From NCBI RefSeq assembly GCF_001194135.2, contig NC_068990.1:3356096-3420095 (forward strand): DNA of 64,000 nucleotides, read 5' to 3'. The position numbers were made by a program, and so were the translations under genes. Origin of the DNA: Octopus bimaculoides (lineage: Eukaryota). Position 1 is the first letter of the stretch, and every line of letters starts with the position of its first letter. Below are positions 26,043-39,090 of this stretch, piece after piece. Under the pieces are notes generated by a model. It saw only the letters and a list, made by a program, of their open reading frames with translations. It was not told the DNA's origin and did no database searches.

Positions 26043-29000
26043 CATATAAATATACATATATATATATGTTTGTGCGTGTATGTATGTATGTATACACTTG
26101 TATAAAGAATAAGCCATTTGAAAAGTAATTAGCAGAATGGATTATTCAATAGGTGATTCTTTTTTAAGCGTAACGACATCCACTATATATATTTAATATA
26201 TATTCTTACAATATACCATATATTGGTGTGCTAGGCTCCAATCAAATTTCATTTACAGAAAGTATTGTGTCTTGTCAATAATCAATGGAACAAGCATTCC
26301 AAAAGCTCTTATGGTGAAACAGACATATATCATAATATACAAATTTTATTCTGTATGTATTTATGCTGTATATTTTCTATGGTCAATATATATACATGAA
26401 TTTCCGTATAGAATGTATTATAAGCTTCGTGTGCACGTATATACACATTTGAAATACTGATTTATAATATTCATTTCAAAATTTAAATATATACATCCTA
26501 GAGTGAATAATACGTTAGTGAACATAATTTAGCGGTTACTACCTCGGGTATTTAACTTACCTAGAAATCTGTTTCATTGCTTTCATTGTACGAATATTTT
26601 ATACTGAGTGCGTAAGACAGAGAAACTAAGTTTTGTAAAACATGATATGGTTCCTCTTTTGTTCGACATAGCTACGAATATTCTTCATTGAAAAGTATCA
26701 ATTTGTTTTCATTACGTAAGTACTGAATTTTGAAGCGAATTTGGGATAGAATATAGAATCCATTAATACTAAGGTTTTAACGGTAGAAAACAATAAGAAA
26801 TAAAATAACTTTAAAAATTAATAATTCAAAAGCTGCTATCGTAATTAAGATCTCCAGGAGTTGGTCTATTGCTTTGTGTAAATATTTGAAATGTTTCTTC
26901 GGACTAAACATGGAATTTCCGTATTACCCGATGTGCTGCATATAGAAATTTAAATTATTATTCGAAGATTGATCGCTTAAACTTAACGGTAACTCAGGAG
27001 TGAATATGACTGGTAGCTTGCCATACACTTCCTCTAATTATTGCAAGTAGCTATGCAATCGTGCGCAGTCTTAGATGCATTTTCGGCTCTCCCAACCATA
27101 ACATTGTGGATACAGTACCTGGAGGGAGAGAAAACTGCACCAGAAATCTGTTGGTGGTCAAGGCCAACACCAAAATCAATAGCTCACTTGGCATTACATG
27201 CGAAAGTTTATTATTGCAGAAAAATTCTAGTATTCTTGAAAATATATTTTATTGGCTTCAACTTGGAAACAAAACGTTATCACAAATTTGGTCTTTGTCA
27301 AAGTTCAATATTTCTGTACATTGCTCGCTATATATCTCCGAAAAATAGTGGTTTCATTTTAACTAAATGTGTTTTTTTCTGTGAGAACGATCTATATTGA
27401 CATTCGTAAGATCGTTAAGAGGCATAGGCAAAATGGACAGCCTCGATTCGCGCCTTGACTTAACAACGTTTTGAACCATGGTCTCCACAATTAAATGTTG
27501 TACAGGTGTAAAATAGAACATTTTTGTCAAAGTAAAATAACCGGAAACTAAAATATTTGGCAGTGTTTAGCTGTTATACTTATGCTCCCGCCAGACATTT
27601 TATATATTAGAAGTAATATTACTTCTCTAGTAACAATAGATTTATTACGAGCATATATCTCAGCAGCTGCATTTCACAAAGAAAATACGATTTGTTATAA
27701 CATGTCAGAAACACTTAAGCATACAATAATCAGTGAAGTAAAATTGATATATGTTCGTCTGGAAATTGTGCAGCATTTATGGTTTGGTCAGCTCCTATAT
27801 TGCATGTGTTTTGGCACTCAAATAACTCATCGAGAAGTTGTTATAGTTTTGAAGACGAATATATTAAGTATGAAACATGTGCGTTCACAATTTAGAGAGT
27901 ATGTTAATAACTAAAATGGATATTTTATGCATTGTTTTACAGCAAAGTTTTTGTTAAATTAGTTTTATGATTCACAAGTTACATATTCCATTTTCTTTTT
28001 CATCTTCCATAAAATAATATTGAATCTAAAGAAGAAAAGAAACGTTTGAATGTCATCTTGAATTACAGCCTTCCAGTAGTTGGAAAGGTTTTCGACTTTT
28101 ACTTCATGACTAAATAAAATTACGCATGGTCACCAGTAGCATGGAAAATGAATGGGCAGTTTTGAATATTTAATGATGTGATCAACAATAAGAGTATTGC
28201 TTTGATCAAATCAATTGGTTTCATTCTCCCCACAGCGAGTGAAATCTCCGGTAAAAGTTTATTATTTTTTTGGCTCTATCGTTCGTTCGGCTATTCTTTA
28301 CCTTCTGCCTCCTATGCTTACCGTTTATGCTTTTGTCGTTTTGCTTCTGTTTTATCATAGTGGCAAATCAAATATTTTATACAAATTTTGTACGATTTCA
28401 TAAGTGATATATTTGTGTTTTGAAATAAATTTAAAGAGATTATTGTGTAACAATTGTTTGCTACATCAAGCGAGACCGAATAACTGCGTAGAAACTCCTT
28501 CATCATATTTTGTACCGAATTAGTTTCTTTAATGTAACTCTCGCACTTCTTTACTCTATTATTTATAATTTAAATTAATAACCCCACACGTTATATTCAG
28601 ATGTACTTCAGTGATTGATAATGAAAAAAAATGTGGCCATTTTATTTTAATTGTCTAAATATTCTATCCATTGATTGAATGAGAGAAAATAATGATTTAT
28701 TTTATATTTTATATTGAACATTTTAGCTATTTTTTATTTTCACCATTTTTTATTCGTTTCTTCTCTTACGAGAGAGGCTCTTTTAATTATAAAATAAAAC
28801 GAAATCAATGCCTTTTCATGAATATTTTTTTCTAATAAAAGAGTATAATAAAAATAGTACCAAATAACTATTTCGAAACATTTCTTTCTCTAAAAGGGTA
28901 ATCTTACATTTCTCATCAAGCTGAGTAGAACGATATTAAAAGCTGTCATAGTCGTATTAAATGGTATGATTTATTTCATGTTAATTATAGGTTTGCCTTA

Positions 29001-31073
29001 TAGCTAGTAATTACAGACGATCTATTGACACAGCAAACAGATTGACTGGGTTGAGAAATGATGTCTTCACCTTCTTAGTATAAAGCAAACGCAAATTCGA
29101 TAAAGGACTGCTTTGATATTCTGATATTTAACTCTCTCCACTGATTGATACATGATACAACCAAACATTTTACACTAACGAATAATGAGAGGAACGCTTT
29201 ACGTTACCGTCTATGAATGTTGCCTATGTTGTCTGTTACGTGATCTATTTCAAGATAGCTCAGAGTAGTATGCTGTTCGTTAATTAATATTTAGTAATTT
29301 TCCCCTTTTCACAAGATACAATTAACCGATATTTTGGGAGAAAATAGGAAACTCAATGTTGTTGATTTCATATATTTCAAACGATGTTAATGACAATGCT
29401 ATATAAAACAAATTACTTTAACCCGAGGTGCATGTTGCTCGCCAATGGAATCTTATCACTTTATAAGTGGGCTTCTTACTATGCTGTCACAAAATTGAGG
29501 TTTCTGTAGACTTGGGAGAAGGTTTGATATGTTGATGATGTTGCTGTTTCTGTTGTTTAACCTCCATACCATCCGTAATAACTTTGTTGTTCTTTCAGAC
29601 CAAATCTACGCCGGATCACAGAAATCAATGCATCGTATTTTGAAATGGGATTGACCAACCAATTAGGAATTCCTTCGTTAGCTAGGTGATGGGAGGGAAA
29701 TGTGATTATGCGATATGCATACATTTCAAAAATGGTTTGGTGTTAGTGATGGTGTTGTGGTGGTGGCATCAGTGGCGAAATGAATGTATTTGTTTTATAA
29801 GGTCTAACATGTAATGTCTCAGATTTATCTCACGACATTCTTGCTATAAGATACCAGCCGTATGATTGTATAATTACATCTTAAAGACCACAGGGTAACA
29901 TTAACTAAATAGATTTACTGAAACAAAAAGTTATGAAAGTTTTCCTCCATACTATCGGATCACTTGCTAGAAATATAACTTAGAATTGCTTAACTTCTGC
30001 CATTACAAATACGAAAAATATATTAGATAATGTAAGCGGGTTTCTAAGAAAATATAGATATAGTCCCGGCTGGAGTCTCTTTGATTGACGGTCTGCTTGA
30101 TAAGAGCTCGCTAATGGTTAGACAACTTCATTGTGAAAGGAATTAAGTTAGATTACTCTAGGTTAAGTTAGGTTACATGAAGTAGAGCAGGTTCAACATA
30201 TGTAAGCTAGTCACTGTTAATGTTGCTATCTAGGCGTGCTGGACACTGAAGTATTCCTTTTCCGTATATTTGAGTTCAGAGTGTATGACAATACAGATTT
30301 ATATTTGTAGAAAGAATTGTTTCAAGGCCATATAGTTTGTAGGAGGGAGTTATTTTGTCGGTTATATTTGTTTCAAATTTTGGCAGAAGGCCAGCAGTTT
30401 CGGGGTAGTGGGGAAAGACAGCCCGGTTCGAGAATCGAGCATACTCTAACAACTAAATCACACGCCTCCACACACACACACACACACACATACACACACA
30501 CTGACAAACACACACACACACAGGCACACACACACACAGACNNNNNNNNNNNNNNNNNNNNNNNNNNNNNNNNNNNNNNNNNNNNNNNNNNNNNNNNNNN
30601 NNNNNNNNNNNNNNNNNNNNNNNNNNNNNNNNNNNNNNNNNNNNNNNNNNNNNNNNNNNNNNNNNNNNNNNNNNNNNNNNNNNNNNNNNNNNNNNNNNNN
30701 NNNNNNNNNNNNNNNNNNNNNNNNNNNNNNNNNNNNNNNNNNNNNNNNNNNNNNNNNNNNNNNNNNNNNNNNNNNNNNNNNNNNNNNNNNNNNNNNNNNN
30801 NATATACAGAATAATAATGTAGATTTAATCAAAAGATTAAATGTGGTACTTAAAATGTTTGAGGCACTAAAATTTGGTAGGGTAAAAACCAAAAACAAAA
30901 TCAAAAGATTTGGTGAATAAAATTCGAAATTAAGCAACAAAAATTCATTAGGTTATAGCAGTACGTACGTTTCGTACAAACTTCATTTATTTATGTAGAT
31001 ATATATATACATGTATATATGTATGTGTGTGTGCGCGTGTGTATGTGTGTGTGTATGTGTGTGTGTATATATG

Positions 31074-31121
<48 letters not shown>

Positions 31122-31139
31122 CGTGCGTGTATGTGTGTG

Positions 31140-31270
31140 ACGGGCTTTATTCAGTTTTCGCCAACCAAATCCACCGAGGCAGTAGTTGTAGAAACTTGCT
31201 TAAAGTGCCACGCAGTGAAACTGAACAGTGGAACTATGTGGTTGAGAAACGAGTTTCCTATCATACGGCA
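31140..31270 (-). mobile_element. SINE family B, head fragment
   Basis: Reverse complement contains caaccacatagttcc...ttcagtttcactgcgtggcactttaagcaag...ctac.ac...ggatttggttggcgaaaactgaa. Confidence 0.7.
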
Positions 31271-31657
31271 ACGTCTGAGTCTATATACATAAGCGTACGT
31301 TTGTTTGTGCATGCAGTATGTGTAAATGCTTCAGATGTCAGCTTCGCCAGCCCAACGTCTTAAGTTCTATCTCCGTGCCTCGCATTTTAGCCGAATGTAA
31401 TTTTTTGTACCTTCCTCTCAATTCATACGTGGTAAATGACATTTGGTGGACGGCAGATGCATAAAAGCCTGTCGAGTGGCTTACACACTTTGTCGCGCTG
31501 GTAATATCTGGGAATTCCATTTCTTTTACTCGTAACAGTGGAGCGTGCAGCTAATCACTGATTAATTCAGAAGCAGATTCTTCAGTTGATCAACAACAAC
31601 TGAATCGCCGCCTTCAAACAACGTTGACTTCCTACACTCACACACAATCGAATCGTG

Positions 31658-31889
31658 GCTTCAAATTTTGACACGTACCCATGATCTTTTATTTATTTTT
31701 TTGCTTTGAGAGAAGGGAGGAATAGATTAAGTCTTTCTCAAAACTTCACTGGTACCTATTTTATCGGCCTGGAGATGGATGAAAGTCAAAATTGTCCTCA
31801 GTGGAATTTCTGCTCAGAAAGTAAAAGACAGATGAAATATCACTAAGCATTTTGCTCAACGTGTTAGCGATTCTGCTAGCTCACCACCT
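31658..31889 (-). mobile_element. SINE family A, decayed
   Basis: actggtacctattttatcg...gatgaaagtcaaa...ggaattt...ctcagaa.gtaaa...taagcattttgc...gtgttagcgattctgctagctcaccacc. Confidence 0.8.
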
Positions 31890-32245
31890 TGCGTTCGAAG
31901 ACGAAAACAATGCAAAATTAGAAGCCCAATATATTCCAGCGAGTAATACCAATATCCAATAGTCTGGTCAATAACATGATATTGTGATGTTTGTTTGTAT
32001 GCGTATGTATATATGTGTGCGCATGCGTGTGCGTGCGCGTGCCTCTGTATGCGCGCGTGTGCATGTTCGTATTTGTCTGTATTTTCATAGCATTTTATGA
32101 GTACAAAAGAAAATATATCCTTACCGTAGGGCCTACAGTTCCCATTTCTTTGGCCATATTGATATGTGTCTAAAAAGTCGCTGACTTGATCTAAATTATT
32201 GATCAACGCAGCCAACGAAAAACCAACATATATGTGTGTGTGTTT

Positions 32246-32325
<80 letters not shown>

Positions 32326-33862
32326 GTGTGTGTGTGTCTGTGTATCAATGTGTGCGTAGATATCTAAGTATATAATATGTATGTAAACAAGCATTCGTTA
32401 CTTATTGTGTCCGTTGATCAATAATTTTAGATGAAGTGGTGAAATTGTTGGACGGAGGCGCACTGGGACACAGAACGGATTGGGAATTGAAGACACTAAG
32501 GAAGATATATATTTAACATTACACTCATAAATAACTATCTTGAGACAAGAAAATCGATAACTAGGCCTAAAACGGGTTAGCTTCTGGCATGAAGAGATGA
32601 TAGCCTCCTACGTACAAATGATGTATTTGAAATGGAATAAAGCTCAAAGAAATTACAATTTCGAATAATGCGTTTTTGTGTAAGTATTCTAACACCTTGA
32701 ACAAGTACTGAATTCCCCTTAGTATAAGCATGGGGATGGAGAGAAAGACAGAACACAAGGCAAGACAACAAAGAAATATAGAGATAAATCCATGCAAGTA
32801 CTAGAGATGATTATCTGCTTCTCAAAATAAAAAGGAAACTAATATGTAACCGTTAATAAATTCAACGAAAAATCCGATCGTTACTTTGGAGAGACTATTT
32901 CTAGTATTTTACTGCTATGTTTCCATGAAAATTATTCTACGATACGTATTGTACAGACAATATTACATTAGTAGACAGTAATTGATTAGTGAGAACTTTA
33001 TGTTGGAACAATATCTGTTGTTTTAACAGGACTGAAATTGTTGATGAATTGACAGCAGTACATTAATGAGACGTATTTCTACATTTTTACTGTAGGATGG
33101 CGTGGAAAAGGTGGAAAAAAGAATATAGATGTTTTGTTTCTCAGCACATAAATAAGCAGGAGTAAATCTGATACAGTTTCTACTTTTATCTAGTTATAAA
33201 ATTAGGGAGATGATTATGATTTCATAAACAAGCAAAAGACTACTAATTTGTACACAAAAAGTATAAGCGAGAAAATGAACATAATGACATATTCATTCGT
33301 TATCAGAATTAGTTTCGTGTTGTATGACAAGCGAAGAAAACACCGTTGAGATTTTAACTGAAATTTTGCAGGACTCTTGTAAAACATTTCAGACTAATAA
33401 AGTTTGTTTTATCAATAAGCCGTGCTTAGCTCGATTCAAAGACTGCTAAGCATATCGCTGGTTCATAGTTTTAACAAATAAAGAGAGATAAAGTCAGACC
33501 AAACTCAACCTCGGAAGTATTTTCAATCAGAAATTTAAACTTAAATTATTTGATTTCAAGTAATACTTAACATATCTATATGTGGAAACAAAGACTCTAG
33601 GCTATTGAATACATTGCTGGTAATTTGCTTTGACAGATATGAAAAGATGAAAGCCAAAGCAAACCCAGCTTTGGAAACATTCTCAATCGGATCATTAAAC
33701 TTAATCTACGTAAACTATTTGCTTTCAAGAAATAATTAATATAGCAATATCTTATAACGGAGAGTATGGACTATTGAATAGAAACCATCATTTTACTGTC
33801 TCTATTTATGACTGGAAATGAAAGAAAATTATAAGACAGCTGACAGTTATTTGGACTTTATA

Positions 33863-34413
33863 CTTGTTTTAAATTTTGGCACAAAGTCAGCAGTTTTCGG
33901 TAGTGGGGGTAAGTCGATTACGTCGACTTTACGCCAACCTTAGTGTTCGAGTGGTACTTATTTTATCGATTCTGAAATGATGAAAGCAACGTCAACCTTG
34001 GCGGAATTTGAACTCAGAACGTTAATACGCACGAAATGCCGCTGAGCATTTTGCCTGGTGTGATATTAACTCTGCTTGCTCGTCACCTCATTTCGACTTA
34101 ATATCTAAAAACTAAATGAGCTTGAACGACGATCGTTTTCAGATAAAAGAAAATAAGAATACAGACTCTGTCTGACAGGTTAAGGATATAGTCGATGATA
34201 TTCTTTTCTACTCTAGGTACAAGACCAAACATTTTGGGGGAGGGACCAGTCGATTAGATCGACTCCAGTACAAAACTGGTACTTAATCTATCGACCCCGA
34301 AAGTATGAAAGGTAAAGTCAACCTCGGTGGAATTTGAACTCAGAGCGTAAAGACAGACGAAATACCGCGAAGCATATCACCCGGCATGCTAACGTTTCTG
34401 CCAGCTCACCGGC
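33863..34413 (-). mobile_element. Two SINE family A copies in the same orientation (33863-34087, 34201-34413)
   Basis: Both carry gtcgatta...ggtactta..ttatcga...gaaagg.aa.gtc.acct.gg.ggaatttgaactcaga.cgt...ctaacgtttctgccagctc. Confidence 0.9.
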
Positions 34414-34534
34414 TTGATATAGACGATGATATTGATACGTGTGTATTACAGGTACGTATATCATTGCCCTCTCTCCCTGGAGGGAGATAAACAGAGAAAC
34501 GTAAAGGCTTATATGTGTGTGCGTGTGTGTATGT

Positions 34535-34573
<39 letters not shown>

Positions 34574-35242
34574 TGTGTGTGTAATGTAGAAAGCTTCTGA
34601 GGTTATTTGATTGTGTCATATATCTAAACAGCGCGTATGACTAAAGAATGTTCATTTCATGAGTTTTATATAGTGGCTAATGTTCACATGTACTATGCAC
34701 GGTTTATTGATTTCATTTAAACTAGGCACTGATACTCTCACATTTGTGGAGAGAGAGCAAACTAATTATGAAATGACAATCTTTATATCGTACTTAACGC
34801 GGATTTATTAGTAGAACGATCTCAGATAAACACACGTTGCTAAGATGTTGTCTATAAGACGCAAACCATCTGACTTGGGCGCTAGAGCTGTCAGATCGTG
34901 TGTCCCAAAGGCTTTAGATGCCCAGTGAAATAGACTCAAGTGTGGATTAAAAACATATGAGCTTGGCTTTCGACCATTGTAATTATTATTCTACCCCACT
35001 GACACATTCCCGCAAAACAGAAATGAGACATTTCATTTAGTGAGATACCATGTACACTGTCATATTGCCTAGTGGTTGTTATTGATAGCCGACAGACCAA
35101 AGCCTATTGAGAAAACCTACGTTAAAATATCTTCAAAACCTCTCTACATAATCTGTTTTGCTTTCAGACACTGTAGCGGCAGATGCCTTATCCTGCGTTC
35201 TTCATTTTAAAAAGGAACGGGTATTGTGTAATTTTGGTTTCA

Positions 35243-35435
35243 CTTTCTGCCACAAGGTCACCAATTCTGGAGAGGCGGGGGGGGGCATAGTCGATTTCAT
35301 CGACCACGTACTGAACGGGTACTTATTTTATTGACCCTGATAGGATTTAAGGCAATGTCGACCTCGGCAAAATTTGAACACAGAATGTAAAAACCGGCGA
35401 ACGTGGTGTGATAACGACTCTGCCTGCTCTCCCCT
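35243..35435 (-). mobile_element. SINE family A, decayed
   Basis: gccacaaggtcacc...gtcgatttcatcgacc...ggtacttattttattgacc...gtcgacctcggcaaaatttgaac. Confidence 0.8.
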
Positions 35436-37018
35436 TTAGTATGTTTCAATATTAATAACCTGCAACTGAGATTTCAATCAGGTCAGTAAAACATATACAT
35501 ATCCTCTTGTTGGTGCTTAAAGTACTGGTGTTATTTAGAATTGTGAATTAATGTAATGTTGCGATTCCTTGGAACGTTTCCACAGTCAACGATTTAATCT
35601 TCAAGGTTACCATGTATCCCAGAATCATTATATTTGTATGGATGCGTTTTATTTTCTTCGTTTAACAAATGCTAATTTCTCTCCGCACGTGAAGAGTAGA
35701 TTAACAGACATTAACCGATTCATGTATCCATGCAAACGTCTCTTTATGGTTCGGGACAACAAACAAGAACTCGGAAATGTTGTTGTAAGTTTGTTTTGTT
35801 GAAGCACAAAGTAATAAAGTGACGTCCAACCAGTAAGCTCGCAAACTCTGGAGATAATATTTTTTATCTATAAGGAATATAACTGAGATAATAAAATCGT
35901 AGCTTTCATTTATTCATGCCATGCAGCAGAATTCTATCTGCGATATATCACAAATCGTCGTGCAATATAGGAGAATGTTTGCTGCAATATATCACACACG
36001 TTGATGAATCACCGGGCATTTTTGTTCATGATGTGCCACATTGGCCGAAGCAATATAGGAGAATGTTACATGCGATATACGAAATCATCAACACCAATGA
36101 TATTTGTGTTATACTTAGTGGAATTTATAAGCAAAGTAGAAAGTTTGTTTGGTGGTAGATTGCGTTGCGATTGGATGACACGCAGTATTCATTTTGATTC
36201 TCTGCCTTCTGGATCAAATTCTGCTGAGGTTAGTTTTATCGTTCGTTCTTCCGGCGTCGATTAAATTATGTACTAATTCCAATGTTACGTATTAGCAGGA
36301 CTGTAACAATTTGCGGTATTTCTTCCATTTTTCTGCACTCTAAGTCAAGTTCCGCTTCAGTTGCTGAAAATCAATCTCACGAACCTGTTACCCTCGAGCA
36401 ACATGGAGGGTTTAGACAAATCCTCGAAACAAAGACCAACAACAAATATATGATACTAGAGGGAGCCGAGAAAGTGGACTCTCCAGCAGAATTATTAGAT
36501 GCCCTACTAAATGGATGGAATGTATTTGCTCACGTCTTCAAATATAAAGTGTCTAATGACTAATGGTTCATAAAGCACCAGTACAGAAGATGAGGCGTAG
36601 CGAGAATAATTTGAGTGTTATTAAGCTGTTTTTATTTTACCGAGATATATTAAGCGGAGGCATCGTTGTCAGCATTGTAAGCTGACACAACACTAATCAG
36701 TAGCTTTAGATTTTCGTTGATGCATATTTTACAAAAAACAAAATTAATTATCAGCAGAAAAAAATGCTAATTAATCAATCAATATTACGAAGGAAACCGT
36801 GAACCATCGATTAAATTTCAATGTTTTCCTTTGCAATTCTATCCCTGAACAAAATCTATGAGGAGGTGCATGTCATAGTTGAATTATTCATAATCAAAAT
36901 AAGGAAATGAAGTTAAAATATTGGTTGTAATGGACATTTTCACCTGCATTATATCTAGCTATACATGCATACAACCATATATACATACACGCACGCACAC
37001 AAATACACTCTCACATAT

Positions 37019-37064
<46 letters not shown>

Positions 37065-38181
37065 CAGAGTTGGAAAATTCAATGAACGCTGAGTGACTAA
37101 TGGCTGATAAAGATTAAAATATCTATGCATTAATTCTTCATTAGATCTCTAATTTCCACTGCGTGTCTCAAATAGGAGTGTGGTGTTGAATAAGCACACA
37201 TGCTGATTACAGGCAAAATAAAAGATTTGTCTAAGAGCAATAGCGAACCTTCATTTACATTTCTCATTCAGATAATTAGCTTATTATCACGGAATCGTTA
37301 TTTTAATCCACAGTATAACAACAAAGTGTAATTTCATGAAGACACTTTTGTTATTTCGTTCAATTCACATTACGCATTAGTAATAATTCTGCATTTGCTT
37401 TTAAGAAAAGTGGTCTTCAAAATTGTAGCTGATTGATGCAGCAACCAAATCAGACAATAATCTTATATAAAATGCTTATTGATGATGCTGTCCTGAATAA
37501 TGTAGTCACTCTTTATATATAAGACACAATCATTTACACATCCAGTTATATTCTTCATAATGGCTACCAACTGTACGTAATAAACTGCATTCCCACGATT
37601 ACGACAGATGTGATTTCTCTTTGGTGACCATAGGAATTAATTCACTATTAAAGAAAAGCTTTTTCGATTAGATAAATGAGGTGTGTTACGTTCATAAGAA
37701 TGCAGCTAATTCTAACAGCTCTTCCTAACAATTTAAATTTCTCCATAATCTCATACTAAACACTTCAGATTTTCCTACAATTAACCCCAGGTGGCGTGGT
37801 TGGTGTCTGAGGCCGTTCTGAGATGGAAACTTCACTTTTAACTTGATAGAATAAACTTCGAAATATACTTGCAAATATTCTCCCATAGTCTATATATGTA
37901 TGCATGCATGTGCGTGTGTGTGTATCTACGTATGTACACACACGCATACACACGCGCGCACGCACGCACACGCACACGCATATATACAGTTATCCCTATA
38001 TATTTAATATATATAATAATACGCTTTTTTCAATTGCATGAACTAAAAGTCGGTAGGGGCGCGATAGACTTCTTGCATCAACTTGCTATACAATGAGGTA
38101 GTAATTTTACCTTGTACTTATTCTTAGTGCAAGTTTGGAAGAGTGCAGTTCGATTTTAATAGATATATTTTCAAGATTAAA

Positions 38182-39090
38182 ATGGAAGTAACAAAGGAGC
38201 ATATTCAGCATATTTTGCTTTATGAGTTCAATAAAGGCAACAACGCAACGGTAAGTTCGAGGAATATTAACGCAGTATAAGGGGATCGAACAATAAGCGT
38301 AAACCAGTGTCAAGGGTGGTTCCAGAAATTCCGAGCCGAAAACTACAGCCTAGCAGACGATCCTCGTCCTGGTAGATTTGAAGAGCTCCACGAGAACGTC
38401 CTGCATACCCTGGTGGAACAAAATCCTATCGTAACTATTGAGGAATTGGCAGAAAAGCTTGGATTTGGTCATTCAATCATTCATCAACACCTGTATGTCA
38501 TTGGAAAAGTCAGCAAATTGGGTCAATGTGTTCCTCACAAACTTTCAGAGTCTAGTCGCACACAGAGAGTGAATATGTGCTCTTCTTTGCTGTCACGTCT
38601 CACGAATAAACATTTTTTGGACAGAATAGTGACTGGTGACAAGAAATGGGTTCTCTATAAAAATGTCAAGCGCTGAAGACACTGGGTAGAGAAAGGAGAG
38701 ACACCAGCATCCCAGGTTTAAAAAGGTCTTCATCCACGTAAGGTGTTTTTATCAGTTTGGTGGGATACGAAACGTTTAATCGACTTTGAACTTTTAAACC
38801 TTAACCGAAACGGTTACAAAGAAGATCTATTGCGAGCATCTTCAGCGGCTTAAGTCAGCGCTAGAAGAAAAAGACCCATCTTTGGTTTCAAGACGAAAGG
38901 TGTTTTTCCATCAGGATGCTCGACCACAGCGAAGATAACATTCCAAAAACTGGAGCTGTTTGGATGGGAAACGATGCCCCACCCACCATATTCGCTGCAC
39001 ATTACCTCCTCTAATTATCATTCATTCCGCAGTCTTCAAATTCATTTGGATGAATAAAATATGAATTCCGTAGACGAGGTCAGAAGAGTA
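38182..39090 (+). pseudogene. Decayed mariner (DD34D-class, Hsmar1/SETMAR-like) transposase
   Basis: MEVTKEHIQHILLYEFNKGNNA...CQGWFQKFR...EQNPIVTIEELAEKLG...KLGQCVPHKL...FLDRIVTGDKKWVLYKN...KGLHPRKVFLSVWWD...FHQDARP...SSNYHSFR; several stops and frameshifts, third Asp mutated. Confidence 0.95.
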
